This document shows positions 1-8,265 of a stretch of DNA of 64,000 bases, in pieces. The translations under genes were made by a program, and so were the position numbers. Source of the stretch: Minisyncoccota bacterium (GTDB lineage: Bacteria; Patescibacteriota; Minisyncoccia; Phycocordibacterales; PALSA-1337); contig JAVHOW010000017.1 in assembly GCA_036170235.1 (NCBI GenBank), positions 4,143-68,142 of the forward strand, given 5' to 3'. The notes below the pieces were generated by a model that was not told where the DNA came from, did not search any database, and saw nothing but the letters and a program-made list of their open reading frames with translations. Numbering within the stretch: the stretch's first letter is position 1; every line of letters starts with the position of its first letter.

Positions 1-647
1 GCCAATTGCTCCTTGCCGTCCTGGTATATGCCTTTGTTATCGTCAATGACAATCTTAATTCTTCCATCTGTAGGTGTATTGCCGCCGAAAGCAATCACCG
101 GTAACTCAAGCTTTTTCTTAATCAATCCGGAGTGTAACTTTTCCATATAAACAACAACATTATCGGTGAAGAAGTGATATTTTAATCTGGTCCAGAAGAC
201 TTTTACAGGTTCAATGTCTCCGAATAATGAAGAGAAAAAGATATCGGTTAGATATTCGCCTGTATTCTTGCTTTGTTCTTTGACGGCAAGAGCGCGACCC
301 GTTAACGACTCTTTTGGCGACAAGGTTAGAGATTCCTTGTATTTTTTCACAGGTAAATATATCCTTTCGTTGATCTTGTCATAACCAAAAGAAAAAGACT
401 GATCCTCGATCCGTTTGATGGTTTCTTTCTTATCATGTGCTGATAATGCTATATCCGAATCGACCACCTTTTTCTTGCCATCGATTTCCTGTCTTTCTGC
501 ATCAATTATTTCTAGTAAATCTTTTTGACTTTGAATAATATCGAAATATTCGTACACACTTTTGAATATGCTATGAAAGATTTTCATTTCCAAAGCGTTA
601 ATAAATTCCCGATATTTTTGGTCAAGCTGTGAGGTTACGAAATCCAT
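1..647 (-). CDS. hypothetical protein, N-terminal ~215 aa (C-terminus lies beyond window start)
   Basis: Not in the ORF track because it is open at the window edge. Hand translation of the minus strand from ATG 647-645 reads MDFVTSQLDQKYREFINALEMKIFHSIF... with no stop through base 1. No family recognised. Confidence 0.45.
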   Translation of the reverse strand, partial: MDFVTSQLDQKYREFINALEMKIFHSIFKSVYEYFDIIQSQKDLLEIIDAERQEIDGKKKVVDSDIALSAHDKKETIKRIEDQSFSFGYDKINERIYLPVKKYKESLTLSPKESLTGRALAVKEQSKNTGEYLTDIFFSSLFGDIEPVKVFWTRLKYHFFTDNVVVYMEKLHSGLIKKKLELPVIAFGGNTPTDGRIKIVIDDNKGIYQDGKEQL

Positions 648-684
648 ACATATAGTTTAACATCACCATAAAAGATTACATCTG

Positions 685-1000
685 TGGCGCCTCCCGCTCC
701 AACCGCCTTTTCCGGGCAGGTCGTGCGCGGCCGCTTGTACGAGAGCGCATGGTAGGAGTACGGGCGCGTACACCTCCGCCCTGATGGAGTATGTGGCGCT
801 CCTTACGCACACATCCGTATGTCTCCGCGCATTTCCCCAGTTGCTAATCGCAACAGGGGTGCGCTCTCGACATACCGATGTGTGCTAGTCGCGAATAGAT
901 TCCGTGGTAACGGGCTGAGGTCAACGCGCCCTTATCTGCCAAGCGTCTCGCGCACCACCTACCCTCCAAAGGCGGTAGAGGCGGTCGGCGAACAGGGGTA
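685..1000 (-). ncRNA. GC-rich, highly structured RNA candidate, class unresolved
   Basis: About two-thirds G+C (41/60 in 721-780 by my count) between AT-rich flanks. Segment 688-707 pairs with 971-990 (15 WC + 1 G-U of 20). Segment 714-729 pairs with 949-964 (14 WC + 1 G-U of 16). There is a nested hairpin at 817-875, and 740-749 is perfectly complementary to 860-869. Both wobble pairs are G-U only if the minus strand is the RNA. The ORFs here translate to Arg-rich nonsense. Confidence 0.45.
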
Positions 1001-1056
1001 TTCATAAATTGCTCATTTTGTTGTAGAATATCGTCATTAAGAAATAATATAAAATT

Positions 1057-1344
1057 ATGCCACAAATAATCTCACTGATCATTTTAGCGACAGCTATCTG
1101 GTATACGTTGAAAGTTAGGAAATCAGCTCGAGCAGGTCAAGCAATAGATAGTCTTGGGGAAGGAGAAAAGGTATATGTTTGGGTATCTTCGTTATTAAAC
1201 CCGGTCTTTTCTGGAGCCGCTTTTTATTATGGATGGAAGAAACTTCTACCACATAAGGCAAAACAAGCTAACGCTATCTCTCTTTGGGCGTTTTTGATCG
1301 AACTTGTATTGGGCGCCGCTCTGTTTTTTGCATTATCTCAATAA
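1057..1344 (+). CDS. small hydrophobic membrane protein, hypothetical
   Basis: 95-aa ORF with two or three hydrophobic segments (IISLIILATAIWY, LWAFLIELVLGAALFFAL). No family recognised. Confidence 0.5.
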   Translation: MPQIISLIILATAIWYTLKVRKSARAGQAIDSLGEGEKVYVWVSSLLNPVFSGAAFYYGWKKLLPHKAKQANAISLWAFLIELVLGAALFFALSQ

Positions 1345-1351
1345 TAAAATT

Positions 1352-2509
1352 ATGAATCCTATAAGCACACTGCAACAACAATTTCCGTTAAGTCCAAGGA
1401 AATTTTGGAAAAAAATAATTGAAAAATTAATAGCTTGGTATGCACTGGCTTTTATCGTAGCCGTGATTGATGCGGTTCTCATCATAATGACGAATGACGC
1501 TTATAACGACGGAGCAAAAGCGATTTTGTGGGGAGTTCTTCTAGTAGTCTTATTTATTGTAGTTCTTGTTACAGCTTTATATGGCTGGTATGTAAAAATC
1601 TACATCAAGCGCTATTACTATGACGGTGAGGAACATTTTATAACCATCAAAAAAGGGGTATTTGCTCCTGGTGAAATTCATGTTCAGTGGCAAAAAATCC
1701 AGGATGTATACGTTGATCAGGATATACTGGATCGAATCATGGGCTTATATGATGTTCATATTGCTAGTGCAACTGCAACATCTGGTATTGAAGCTCATAT
1801 TGATGGAGTAGAAAAATTTGCCGCTGAAGGTCTGAAAACTTTTCTATTAAATAAGGTATCGAGTGCTGGAAGAAATAATACGCAGAACAGTACAGCTAAC
1901 ATTACTACTGATCAAGTACAGGCTCAACAAGCTCAACCGCAGGCCTCGACGATTAAGCTAACAGAAGAAATATCGAGCGACACATATCCACTGACAGGAA
2001 AGTGGTTGATAATAAAATTATTCAGTAGATTAGTATCACCATTTGTTTATTGGGCAATCCTTATATTCTTTATCTTCGCCCGCCTTTCAGAAGATGTATC
2101 GTCTGATTATTACTGGATATATATTCTCGGATACATCGCTATTAGTCTATTGAGCGCAATCATCCACATTATTACGCTGTTTCTGTGGAAGAAGAATTAC
2201 GCATTCAAATTCACTTCGGATAATATCTATTATCGTGAAGGGGTTATCAGTCTCTCGGAGAAGCACATGCCATATTCTTCAATGCAGGATGTAACAGTTC
2301 ATCAAGGAGTGCTAGAGCGTCTTGTTGGCTTGGCCAAGGTCCGTATTGAGAACGCAGCACAACAAACAATGCGAACATCACGTGGAAATGTTGTATCGGT
2401 GTTTACTGGAATTATTATCCAGGGAATCTCAATCGATGATGCAAACAAAATTACGAATCTTCTCAAGACAACCGTTCTCGGTAAGAATACATCTCATTAC
2501 GGTTTATAA
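1352..2509 (+). CDS. membrane protein with bacterial PH (bPH_2 / YdbS-YdbT-like) domains
   Basis: TM hairpins are followed by PH-like segments (GEIHVQWQKIQDVYVDQDILDRIMGLYDVHIASA; MPYSSMQDVTVHQGVLERLVGLAKVRIENA). I chose the ATG at 1352 rather than the track start 1304, which overlaps the upstream ORF. Confidence 0.6.
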   Translation: MNPISTLQQQFPLSPRKFWKKIIEKLIAWYALAFIVAVIDAVLIIMTNDAYNDGAKAILWGVLLVVLFIVVLVTALYGWYVKIYIKRYYYDGEEHFITIKKGVFAPGEIHVQWQKIQDVYVDQDILDRIMGLYDVHIASATATSGIEAHIDGVEKFAAEGLKTFLLNKVSSAGRNNTQNSTANITTDQVQAQQAQPQASTIKLTEEISSDTYPLTGKWLIIKLFSRLVSPFVYWAILIFFIFARLSEDVSSDYYWIYILGYIAISLLSAIIHIITLFLWKKNYAFKFTSDNIYYREGVISLSEKHMPYSSMQDVTVHQGVLERLVGLAKVRIENAAQQTMRTSRGNVVSVFTGIIIQGISIDDANKITNLLKTTVLGKNTSHYGL

Positions 2510-2520
2510 AAAATAAATTT

Positions 2521-4194
2521 ATGAACAAACCGACATTCCCTACATGGGCAATCATTATCGTAATAGTTCTCGTAATCATCTTTGCCGGTGTTGTCGGTGG
2601 AATAGTTTATTTTGCATATAATCCATCGATTGCGGCTATACCAGGTAAAATAGTGAGTCTGTTCGTCAAACAAAAAGTTGATGTCATAAACCACAGCATC
2701 TATTTGTATACTTTACAGGATCCTGATCAAGATAAAGATGGATTATCTGATATCGCAGAGATACATATATATAAAACTGATCCAAAAAAGTCTGATTCAA
2801 CTGGAGCCGGTGTTACTGATGGGCAATATATTTACAGTGAGTACATGAAAGCATTTGAAGCTGGCAATGAGAGCTCACTATCACAATATAGAGCGAATTT
2901 TGATCTGTATCAAACGTCAATCTCATCGTCAACTATTGCGACGCAATTTCTAGGAACCGCCTCTCTTGAAGAGATGTTCAATATTAGAGCCCTAGAGACT
3001 TACAACTTATATGTTGGATTACCGGACGACTTGAAACAAATTGTTAGCCAAGCTCTTAATGCTAGACAAAAGGGAGACTACCAGAGATCGCTTGATTTGT
3101 TGCAAGACGCTTTATCAAAAAATTCAGATTCCTCTCTCTTGAAATACCATCTTGGTCTGACCTATCACGGCATGAAGCAATTCGACAATGCAATAAGAAC
3201 ATACGAAGGTATTGTTAATGACCCAACTCTTAAAAGCCCACTTTTATATAGCGATATTGCATCGGCATATTTAGCTCAAGAAAATAGCGATAAATTCGTT
3301 GAGAATATGAGAAAGTCCATACAGGCATTTCCTGAAGATCTAAATCAGTATTCAAAACTCGCTTTATATTATAAGAGTAAAAATCAGTTAAACAACGCTG
3401 AAGAAGTCTTGAACGAAGGACTCAAGGTTGAACCTAGATATGCGGATTATTACAATAGTCTTGCAATTATTGCCCACCTGAAAGGTGATGTGAAAGGCGA
3501 ACTCGAACTCTATAAAAAAGCAGTCTCGTATGATTTTCGATATGCGGCAGGACATGAAAACATTTCAATTCTTTACGAGGAAATACAGAATGATATAAAA
3601 GGAGCACTTACAGAAGCGCTTATAGCGTTAGAGATCAATCCTAACTCATATCATGTGAGTCGTGTGATGGCTCTATATGATAAGCTTGGAAATGTTGCAC
3701 AATCCCAGAAATTTGAAAAGGAATTACTTGCAATGAAAAATATAGATGCGCCTTCTTATAATTCTCTAGGTCTAAAGTACCTTGATGCAAATAATTATCA
3801 GAAAGCAGAGACATATTTTAGAAAAGCTATTGTCGTTGATCCAACTTTACCTAATCCATATAACAATTTGGGTATTGTTCTAGCTTCGACTGATAGAGCC
3901 GAAGAGTCGGCGGCGAGCTATAAAAAAGCTATAGAATTAAATCCGAATTATGCTAATGCGTACAGTAATCTGGGTATTTATTTCACAGGCAAGAAACAAT
4001 ATACGCAGGCAATAGATAGTTTCAACATGGCTATCAAATTGAACCCGAATCTTTGGAGACCATACCAGAGTATTGCCTATGTATACAGAATGCTCAATGA
4101 CACAACGAATGAGAAGCTATATTACGAGAAAGCTATACAATATGGCTGTACAGATCCGGCTGTAATAGAAAGACTGAGAATCCTTAACCAGTAG
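2521..4194 (+). CDS. TPR-repeat protein with N-terminal membrane anchor
   Basis: N-terminal TM (WAIIIVIVLVIIFAGVVGGIVYF) followed by many TPR-like repeats (AETYFRKAIVVDPTLPNPYNNLG, AASYKKAIELNPNYANAYSNLG). Confidence 0.75.
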   Translation: MNKPTFPTWAIIIVIVLVIIFAGVVGGIVYFAYNPSIAAIPGKIVSLFVKQKVDVINHSIYLYTLQDPDQDKDGLSDIAEIHIYKTDPKKSDSTGAGVTDGQYIYSEYMKAFEAGNESSLSQYRANFDLYQTSISSSTIATQFLGTASLEEMFNIRALETYNLYVGLPDDLKQIVSQALNARQKGDYQRSLDLLQDALSKNSDSSLLKYHLGLTYHGMKQFDNAIRTYEGIVNDPTLKSPLLYSDIASAYLAQENSDKFVENMRKSIQAFPEDLNQYSKLALYYKSKNQLNNAEEVLNEGLKVEPRYADYYNSLAIIAHLKGDVKGELELYKKAVSYDFRYAAGHENISILYEEIQNDIKGALTEALIALEINPNSYHVSRVMALYDKLGNVAQSQKFEKELLAMKNIDAPSYNSLGLKYLDANNYQKAETYFRKAIVVDPTLPNPYNNLGIVLASTDRAEESAASYKKAIELNPNYANAYSNLGIYFTGKKQYTQAIDSFNMAIKLNPNLWRPYQSIAYVYRMLNDTTNEKLYYEKAIQYGCTDPAVIERLRILNQ

Positions 4195-4355
4195 TTAATT
4201 TCGTTCTAATATCGTCCCACAGCGCGCACAATTGATTTGTACCCCATAAAGTGGACACAGATTTCACAATTCATTGGTTTCTTTTGTTAGAATTATTAAA
4301 TTAACAAAAGAACAAACATGAGAACAACACTTTATTTTCGTGGTATAATGCACCC

Positions 4356-5330
4356 ATGAATACAAAAACCTCACCCAAAGACTTCTTCCTTCACCTTGGC
4401 GCGACAGTAGCGCTATATGTAGCCGCTGGCGCTCTTATCAATCTTTCGTTTAGCGTCATCAATTATTTTTTACCTGACGCGCTCGCGGGATATTTCTATG
4501 GCAATTCAGTCGCATGGCCGATTTCCATGCTGATTGTGCTTGTTCCAATACTTTATGTGCTGGAGTGGTTTATCAATCGAGATATCACTCGTATGCCAGA
4601 AAAAGCCGATCTTTGGATACGCAAGTGGAGAATATATTTGACACTATTCCTAGCGGTGGTTCTTTTTGGGGGTGACCTCATCGCACTGATCAATACCTAT
4701 TTGAATGGAGAAATCACGGCGCGATTTGTTTACAAAATCATCTTGATACTTTTTGTTGCGGGATCGATTGGTAAATATTATTTCTTCAGCATATACACAT
4801 CACATCGCTGGTCAAAATTTGCGCGTCGTGCCAACGCTTGGTTTGGTATCGTATTGGTCATTGCCGCTATTATCATCGGGTTTATTGCAGTTGGCTCGCC
4901 AGCAAAACAACGTGCATTGCGATTTGACAGCCAGCGCGTCAATGATTTGAGTAGCATTCAGTGGCAGGTGATCAATTATTGGCAACAAAAACAGAAGTTA
5001 CCAGTTGTCCTAACTGATCTCAACGACACTGTTTCTGGTTTTATTGTTCCAACCGATCCTGAGACTAAGGCAGCTTATCAATATTCGATTAAGCCTCTAG
5101 TAGGCAATCTCTCGTTTGAATTATGTGCAACATTTGGTGAAGTAGCACAAGATAATTTTGGAAGGGGAGCTTATAGTGGAGGAGGTATGTATCCGACAAA
5201 TATCTCTTACCCAAGTCCTGTTGGAGGAGTTTCAGATGTCTGGAATCATGATAAGGGTCGAGTTTGTTTTGATCGTGCTATAGATCCTGATAAGTATCCG
5301 GTGAATAGAGTTGTTCCGAAGGGCATCTAG
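4356..5330 (+). CDS. multi-pass membrane protein (DUF5671-like N-terminus), hypothetical
   Basis: N-terminus SPKDFFLHLGATVALYVAAGALINL plus 5-6 TM segments, then a soluble C-terminal domain. TGgTATAAT at 4341-4349 ends 6 nt before the ATG. Confidence 0.55.
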   Translation: MNTKTSPKDFFLHLGATVALYVAAGALINLSFSVINYFLPDALAGYFYGNSVAWPISMLIVLVPILYVLEWFINRDITRMPEKADLWIRKWRIYLTLFLAVVLFGGDLIALINTYLNGEITARFVYKIILILFVAGSIGKYYFFSIYTSHRWSKFARRANAWFGIVLVIAAIIIGFIAVGSPAKQRALRFDSQRVNDLSSIQWQVINYWQQKQKLPVVLTDLNDTVSGFIVPTDPETKAAYQYSIKPLVGNLSFELCATFGEVAQDNFGRGAYSGGGMYPTNISYPSPVGGVSDVWNHDKGRVCFDRAIDPDKYPVNRVVPKGI

Positions 5331-5337
5331 AGTAAAT

Positions 5338-5380
5338 CTTGCAATTTCGCGAGTGAGTCCCGCAGGTATTTAAAAAAACA
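5338..5380. repeat. solo half-copy of hairpin-element arm (matches reverse complement of 6889-6930)
   Basis: The first 33 aligned positions are 27/33 identical to the reverse complement of 6889-6930, followed by an A-run. It starts 8 nt after the stop of the 4356..5330 gene. Confidence 0.6.
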
Positions 5381-5449
5381 TGTCACCAAGGTTACCATTT
5401 TTATGCTACAATAACTTCTCATTTTAATCATAAAACATATAAATCATCC

Positions 5450-6865
5450 ATGAACCTCGGAAAGAAAACTAAGATTGTTTGTACTATCGGACCTGTTACT
5501 GAAAGCGAAGAAAAACTCACTGAACTCGTTAATGCTGGTATGAATGTTATGCGCCTCAACTTTTCGCATGGAGATTTTGCTGAACATCAGAAGCGTGTAG
5601 ACACTATTCGGGAAGTTATGAAAAAGACTGGCAAGACAGTCGCTATTCTTCAAGATCTTTGTGGTCCCAAAATTCGTATAGGTACATTTAAAGATAAAAT
5701 GATCATGTTGCATGAAGGTAAAAATTTCACCTTGACCACAGATGAGATCGAAGGTACAGAAGAAAAAGTACACGTGAATTATCCTGAACTTCCTCGTGAG
5801 GTTAAAAAAGGCAGTATTATCATGCTTCAAGATGGTACCAAGCGTCTCGAAGTACTTGAAGTCAAAGGCAATGACATTATAACCAAAGTTATGATTGGTG
5901 GACGTCTCTCTGGTCGTAAAGGCGTCAATGTCCCAGGTGCCAATCTATCACTTTCTGCTTTGACTGAAAAAGATCGTGCTGACGTTGTATTTGGTATACA
6001 AAATAATGTTGATTTCATAGCCCTTTCATTTGTTCGTCGTGCATCTGATATTACCGATCTTCGCAAAATTCTTGATGACGCAAAGTCTGGTGCCCACATT
6101 ATTGCAAAAATTGAAACACCAGAAGCACTCAATTGTATTGATGAAATCATAGTGGCAGCTGATGGTATCATGATTGCTCGTGGCGACCTAGCTATTGAGA
6201 TTCCAGCCGAAGAAGTTCCACTCGTGCAGAAACTCATTATTTCAAAATGTAACGCTATCGGTAAACCTGTCATTACCGCAACACAGATGTTGGAGTCTAT
6301 GATCAAAAATCCTGTTCCAACTCGCGCTGAAGTTTCAGATATCGCCAATGCCATTATTGATGGTACAGACGCTATTATGCTTTCTGAAGAAACTACTCTC
6401 GGCGATTTTCCGATTGATGCCGTCAAAGTTATGACTAAGGTTGCTTTGCGTGTAGAAAAAGAAGTCTACACTCGCGATACGATTGCTGAATACGATTCAT
6501 CGCACGGTATCACAGATGTCGTCTCCCAGTCAGCTGTTCGAGCCGCACACAATGTGGACGCCGCTCTTATTGTCGCACTGACTCGTTCAGGACGTTCTGC
6601 TCGGATGATTGCTCGTTATAGGCCCGCAGAACATATTTTGGCTTTGTCTGATAATCAAGCTCATGCAAGCAAGTTGATGTTGACTTTCGGTTGTTATCCT
6701 ATGGTTGCGCCAACCTTCAAAACAGTAGATGAGATTATGGAAATCGTGCGTAAAGTGACTCTCGATACAGAACTCGTTAAAAAAGGGGATAAGGTGGTGA
6801 TAGTCGCTGGTATGCCATTCGGCACTGCCGCAGAGACGAATATGATTTTGGTGGAGACGTTGTAG
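5450..6865 (+). CDS. pyk: pyruvate kinase
   Basis: 471 aa. N-terminus KTKIVCTIGPVTESEEKLTELVNAGMNVMRLNFSHGDFAEH, plus IIAKIETPEAL and MIARGDLAIEIP motifs typical of pyruvate kinase. Confidence 0.95.
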   Translation: MNLGKKTKIVCTIGPVTESEEKLTELVNAGMNVMRLNFSHGDFAEHQKRVDTIREVMKKTGKTVAILQDLCGPKIRIGTFKDKMIMLHEGKNFTLTTDEIEGTEEKVHVNYPELPREVKKGSIIMLQDGTKRLEVLEVKGNDIITKVMIGGRLSGRKGVNVPGANLSLSALTEKDRADVVFGIQNNVDFIALSFVRRASDITDLRKILDDAKSGAHIIAKIETPEALNCIDEIIVAADGIMIARGDLAIEIPAEEVPLVQKLIISKCNAIGKPVITATQMLESMIKNPVPTRAEVSDIANAIIDGTDAIMLSEETTLGDFPIDAVKVMTKVALRVEKEVYTRDTIAEYDSSHGITDVVSQSAVRAAHNVDAALIVALTRSGRSARMIARYRPAEHILALSDNQAHASKLMLTFGCYPMVAPTFKTVDEIMEIVRKVTLDTELVKKGDKVVIVAGMPFGTAAETNMILVETL

Positions 6866-6866
6866 G

Positions 6867-7062
6867 AAAAATCAAGAACCACACACACGTGTTTTTTAAT
6901 ACCTGCGGGGCTTGCTCGTTAAATTACAAGGTATTTTGGCGTGGAGGGTCCATCGACACCAAAATACCTTGCAATTTATACTCGCTTCAGACATGTCCTC
7001 AATGAGCACATTGACCTACTGGGTCGGTATTAAAAAACACGTGTGTGTGGTTCTTGATTTTT
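6867..7062. repeat. long hairpin element, copy C (37-bp perfect outer inverted repeat + structured core)
   Basis: 6867-6903 is the perfect reverse complement of 7026-7062. An inner stem pairs 6921-6939 with 6959-6977 (19 bp, one mismatch). The core carries the motif tgtctgaagcgagta on the minus strand. The element starts 1 nt after the pyk stop. Confidence 0.85.
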
Positions 7063-7102
7063 TATTTGCAATTCTATTAAATTTTCATGTTATAATATCT
7101 CA

Positions 7103-7837
7103 ATGCAGAAGAGCATGTACATCATACCCGATACCACGCTCATTCTCGACCGACGCCCTCGTGAGTATCCACTCATGTTCAGGGACCTGCCGTCAGACGA
7201 GAAGCCGCGAGAAAAACTCTTGGCCCACGGCCCAGAGTCGCTTTCGATTGCCGAGCTCACAGCTCTTCTGCTTGTCACTGGGACTACCAAAGAAGATGTT
7301 TTAGAAATGTCCACTCGTGTCGTTCGTGAATATGGCGAAAAAAGTGTTTTTGCTGAACGAGATCCTGCGAAATTATTAGCCGAATTAGGTGTGCCGATTG
7401 TTAAAGCTTGCGCCATTATCGCCGCTGGAGAGTTGGGTCGCCGATTGTATGAACGTTCTGATTCAGGATTCAAAACTATTCGCAACGCCAAGGATGCCTA
7501 TGAATATCTCGTCGACATGCGTAACTTACCAAAAGAACATTTGCGCGGGTTGTACCTCAATAGTCACAACCGCGTGATTGCCGATGAAGTTATTTCTATT
7601 GGTACCGTCAATTCAAATGTCGTTCATCCACGCGAAGTATTCCGTCGCGCAATCGAATGCAATGCCGTGGCTGTAGTTTTAGCTCATAACCATCCATCAG
7701 GTGAAACAACCGCTAGTGCCGAAGATGTAGAAATTACCAGACAAATTATCCAAGCAGGGAAGATCTTGGGTATTCGTGTGCTCGATCATGTCATCATCAC
7801 CAAGGACGCGTACACTAGTGTGCATGCGGACTACTAA
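7103..7837 (+). CDS. radC: RadC-family JAB-domain protein
   Basis: Motifs LSIAELTALLL, VLAHNHPSGETTASAEDVEITRQI (JAMM-like HxHPSG) and the C-terminal LDHVII. TGtTATAAT at 7088-7096 ends 6 nt before the ATG. Confidence 0.88.
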   Translation: MQKSMYIIPDTTLILDRRPREYPLMFRDLPSDEKPREKLLAHGPESLSIAELTALLLVTGTTKEDVLEMSTRVVREYGEKSVFAERDPAKLLAELGVPIVKACAIIAAGELGRRLYERSDSGFKTIRNAKDAYEYLVDMRNLPKEHLRGLYLNSHNRVIADEVISIGTVNSNVVHPREVFRRAIECNAVAVVLAHNHPSGETTASAEDVEITRQIIQAGKILGIRVLDHVIITKDAYTSVHADY

Positions 7838-7848
7838 TTCTTACTACC

Positions 7849-8178
7849 ATGCGAGATTATCAACTTACGTCACCGTCTCTTGATGGTATTCTTCATCACG
7901 ACTCGATTGTATATGAGGGAATCAAACGTCCATTTGAATTATTGCGGATCATGGATGGTCCATCTACGCGGAGCAAAAAGAGAGGTTCGATTATAGATGA
8001 TGTCATTTATACCTTAAGTGAACAAAAAGTCATTCAAGAATATCTGCACGATCTTCAAAGTTTATTCATGAAAAAGTTCTCCCAGTTTATGGTTGAATCA
8101 GATCTGAAGCCTGATGAAGGTGTCAAACTAATGGCAATGTTACAGGAACTTATTAAAATCAAAAAACTCACGATGTAA
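7849..8178 (+). CDS. hypothetical protein
   Basis: 109-aa ORF, co-directional and 11 nt after radC. No family recognised. Confidence 0.4.
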   Translation: MRDYQLTSPSLDGILHHDSIVYEGIKRPFELLRIMDGPSTRSKKRGSIIDDVIYTLSEQKVIQEYLHDLQSLFMKKFSQFMVESDLKPDEGVKLMAMLQELIKIKKLTM

Positions 8179-8265
8179 TGATTCAATGTAGTAATTTAAA
8201 ATAGAATATAAAATATAGAAAAGAGCAACTTTGCGGTTGGAAGTCTTTCACTGTAAACTTATCGC

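Noticed and set aside
685-1000. Assignment of the structured RNA to RNase P RNA, tmRNA, SRP RNA, a T-box or a cobalamin riboswitch
   Set aside because: I found AGAGCGCACC and a P14-like hairpin. I did not find the universal GGAAAGUCC/ACAGAA P4 strands, a GGGG...UCCACCA tRNA-like end or tag ORF, the SRP GGAA/AGCA helix-8 loops, a T-box motif at the 3' side, or a B12 box. The class is left open.
819-1065. ORFs 819..1007 (+) and 844..1065 (-) inside the GC-rich block
   Set aside because: Their translations are Arg/Pro/Gly-rich with no protein-like pattern. The region is better explained by extensive base pairing, that is, a structured RNA.
4279-4312. Hairpin ttcttttgtta/taacaaaagaa as terminator of the TPR gene
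   Set aside because: It lies 85 nt past the stop and has no U-tract. It is plausible but too weak to list as a feature.
5444-6888. Minus-strand ORFs 5444..5830, 5827..6426 and 6694..6888
   Set aside because: These are antisense shadows inside the well-supported pyruvate kinase gene.
6912-7491. ORFs 6912..7304 (+) and 7090..7491 (-)
   Set aside because: The first starts inside hairpin element C and runs out of frame into radC. The second is antisense to radC.
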